Part shown: positions 45,498 through 46,675 of the stretch, piece by piece
Layout: each line of letters starts with the position of its first letter
Position numbering within the stretch: the first letter of the stretch is position 1
Source of the DNA: an uncultured Oscillospiraceae bacterium
GTDB lineage: Bacteria; Bacillota; Clostridia; Christensenellales; Aristaeellaceae
Direction: 5' to 3'
NCBI GenBank assembly: GCA_964346145.1
Contig: CAYFTL010000002.1
Coordinates: 1 to 46,675, forward strand
Length of the DNA: 46,675 nucleotides
Program-made: the position numbers and the translations under genes
The notes under the pieces: model-generated
Seen by the model: only the letters and a program-made list of their open reading frames with translations
Database searches by the model: none
Told to the model about the DNA's origin: nothing

Positions 45498-45684
45498 TTG
45501 TAAGTACCTCCTTCAAAGTTCTATTGTAGTGGATACACTTTCATTTTCTGGATAAAACCGGAGTTTTAGGAAAACACCAAGTTTTCATTGAATATATTTT
45601 ACCCTGTTTTCTACCCATAGACAAGAGGGAGTGACCTATGAGCGCGGGATTGACACGAACAACATGTTTTCAGCGACTGAAGCC

Positions 45685-45713
45685 TTGATTGTTTTTTAAA
45701 AGGGTGCTATAAT
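45685..45713 (+). promoter_or_regulatory. sigA promoter (-35 TTGATT, 17-nt spacer, -10 TATAAT)
   Basis: Exact consensus spacing, about 140 nt upstream of the MATE start codon. The upstream CDS is on the opposite strand. Confidence 0.55.
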
Positions 45714-45765
45714 CCTTTATATATATGGACTCCCGCCGGGGATTTGGATTTGTGAGTAGGCCTGT

Positions 45766-45797
45766 GTTCACAACACAGGTCTTATTTTTTTGGCGAT
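45766..45797 (+). terminator. intrinsic terminator/attenuator hairpin within the leader of the MATE gene
   Basis: CCTGTGTT-cac-AACACAGG is followed by TCTTATTTTTTT, about 45 nt downstream of the predicted transcription start site. Confidence 0.6.
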
Positions 45798-45852
45798 TTG
45801 ATACAGTAGATGATCAACCAACAAAATGGATGAAGGAAGGGAAGGAAAAAAT

Positions 45853-46675
45853 ATGACTCGGAACAAAGCTGCAATTAGAAAAGAAGTGCTTCGCTACGCT
45901 GGCCCTGGTATCCTGGGACTGGTAGCCAACTCTGTCTATATTGTGGTAGATGGTATTTTTGTGGCCAACATGTTGGGAGAAAATGCATTGGCAGCGGTGA
46001 CCACGGTCGTGCCGGTGGTGGAGGTTTTGATTGCCCTCAGCCTTATGATTTCCATGGGGTGTGGCATTTATATCTCTATGTTCAAGGGCATCGGGGATTT
46101 AGAAAAATCCCGGGAATATTATAACCATGGATTGGTGTTTACGGTCGGGGTATCGCTTTTGATTTTGGTGGTGTCGCTAATATTTCATAGGCCCATCGTT
46201 GCTGCGCTGGGAGCGACCGAGCTTATTATGGAAGAGGCGGTCTCCTATTTTACCTGGTTTATTGCGTTTGTTCCATTCTTCATGTTGAACTATGCGCTGG
46301 GCACTTGGATTCGAAATGACGGCAAGCCCAACTTGGCCATGGTGGGGCAAGTGATAGGCGCAGTGCTGAATATTGTGTTGGACTATGTATTCATGGGTCC
46401 GCTAAAAATGGGCATTGCCGGCGCTGCAATCGCAACGGGGCTGGGGCCTGTGGTGGGCATCATCATTGTCTTGCCCCATTTTTGGGGCAAAAAAGGCGAT
46501 TTGTACATTCAAAAATTCAAATTTAGATGGAAACGGATACGGGAAATTTTGGTGGGCGGCTTGCCTTCCTTCTCCATTGAATTTGCGCTGGGCGCGATGA
46601 CTTTCTTGTGCAACCTGTTTATTTCCAAACGTCTTGGCGAACACGGCTTGGCCGCATTTGGGGTGGTTGGGTATG
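45853..46675 (+). CDS. MATE-family efflux transporter (5' partial, continues beyond the window end)
   Basis: ATG 45853 follows the GGAAGGGAAGG ribosome-binding site. The translation MTRNKAAIRKEVLRYAGPGILGLVANSVYIVVDGIFVANMLGENALAAVT... is a canonical MATE N-terminus. The ORF is open to the end of the window. Confidence 0.8.
   Translation, partial: MTRNKAAIRKEVLRYAGPGILGLVANSVYIVVDGIFVANMLGENALAAVTTVVPVVEVLIALSLMISMGCGIYISMFKGIGDLEKSREYYNHGLVFTVGVSLLILVVSLIFHRPIVAALGATELIMEEAVSYFTWFIAFVPFFMLNYALGTWIRNDGKPNLAMVGQVIGAVLNIVLDYVFMGPLKMGIAGAAIATGLGPVVGIIIVLPHFWGKKGDLYIQKFKFRWKRIREILVGGLPSFSIEFALGAMTFLCNLFISKRLGEHGLAAFGVVGY

Overview
This 46.7-kb window is a high-GC (~57%) Firmicutes/Clostridia-type chromosomal segment. 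Markers for that placement: scpA-scpB-surE, glgC-glgD-glgA, AAGGAGG ribosome-binding sites and sigA-type promoters. It is mostly housekeeping and central metabolism, densely packed on both strands.

Genes in order:
1. A secreted acidic-repeat/LRR-like protein (24-788, - strand), next to a 600-bp low-GC divergent promoter region.
2. A five-gene biotin-dependent Na+-pumping decarboxylase/transcarboxylase operon (1392-6672). It has a 12S-type methylmalonyl-CoA carboxyltransferase, an OadG-like anchor, a biotin carrier, an OadB/MmdB Na+-pump beta subunit, and a separate 5S-type oxaloacetate/pyruvate carboxyltransferase that lacks its own biotin domain.
3. Two envelope proteins with PT/PE-rich linkers (7113-7775; 7962-9605). 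The second has a zinc ribbon, an acidic disordered region, a TM helix and a PG_binding_1 domain.
4. A DUF1638-like hypothetical protein, then asnS.
5. A preQ1-I riboswitch with an intrinsic terminator in front of queT.
6. Two tandem paralogous secreted SH3b/PG-binding proteins. They share a conserved C-terminal His/Cys domain of unknown function, possibly YkuD-like. Their promoters are duplicated, and the second gene contains an internal 255-bp tandem duplication.
7. On the - strand: M50 protease, scpA, scpB, surE.
8. On the + strand: a membrane-tethered XRE regulator followed by alr, an M20 amidohydrolase and a DppA D-aminopeptidase.
9. On the - strand: glgC-glgD-glgA, a TGS-domain uridine-kinase-like protein, and an MscL carrying a C-terminal Cys4 zinc ribbon.
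10. On the + strand: a GH78-like glycosidase, a Cys/Met-metabolism PLP enzyme, mnmG, rsmG, a YtqB-like methyltransferase and an RpiB/LacAB isomerase.
11. On the - strand: a BMP/nucleoside-type ABC importer lacking a binding-protein gene.
12. A flotillin (+), an Rsm22-like methyltransferase (-), zupT (-) and a sugar-phosphate isomerase (-).
13. A promoter/hairpin/terminator leader with a 43-codon uORF immediately upstream of a MATE efflux gene that runs off the window end.

No CRISPR arrays, transposases, integrases, rRNA or tRNA genes were recognised. The many long reverse-strand ORFs are judged to be high-GC antisense artefacts.

The observations most worth a second look:
- the paralogous SH3b-PGBD-His/Cys-domain pair (13078-16052);
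- the hybrid transcarboxylase/Na+-pump operon;
- the membrane-tethered XRE regulator divergent from an M50 site-2 protease;
- the leader/uORF preceding the MATE gene.
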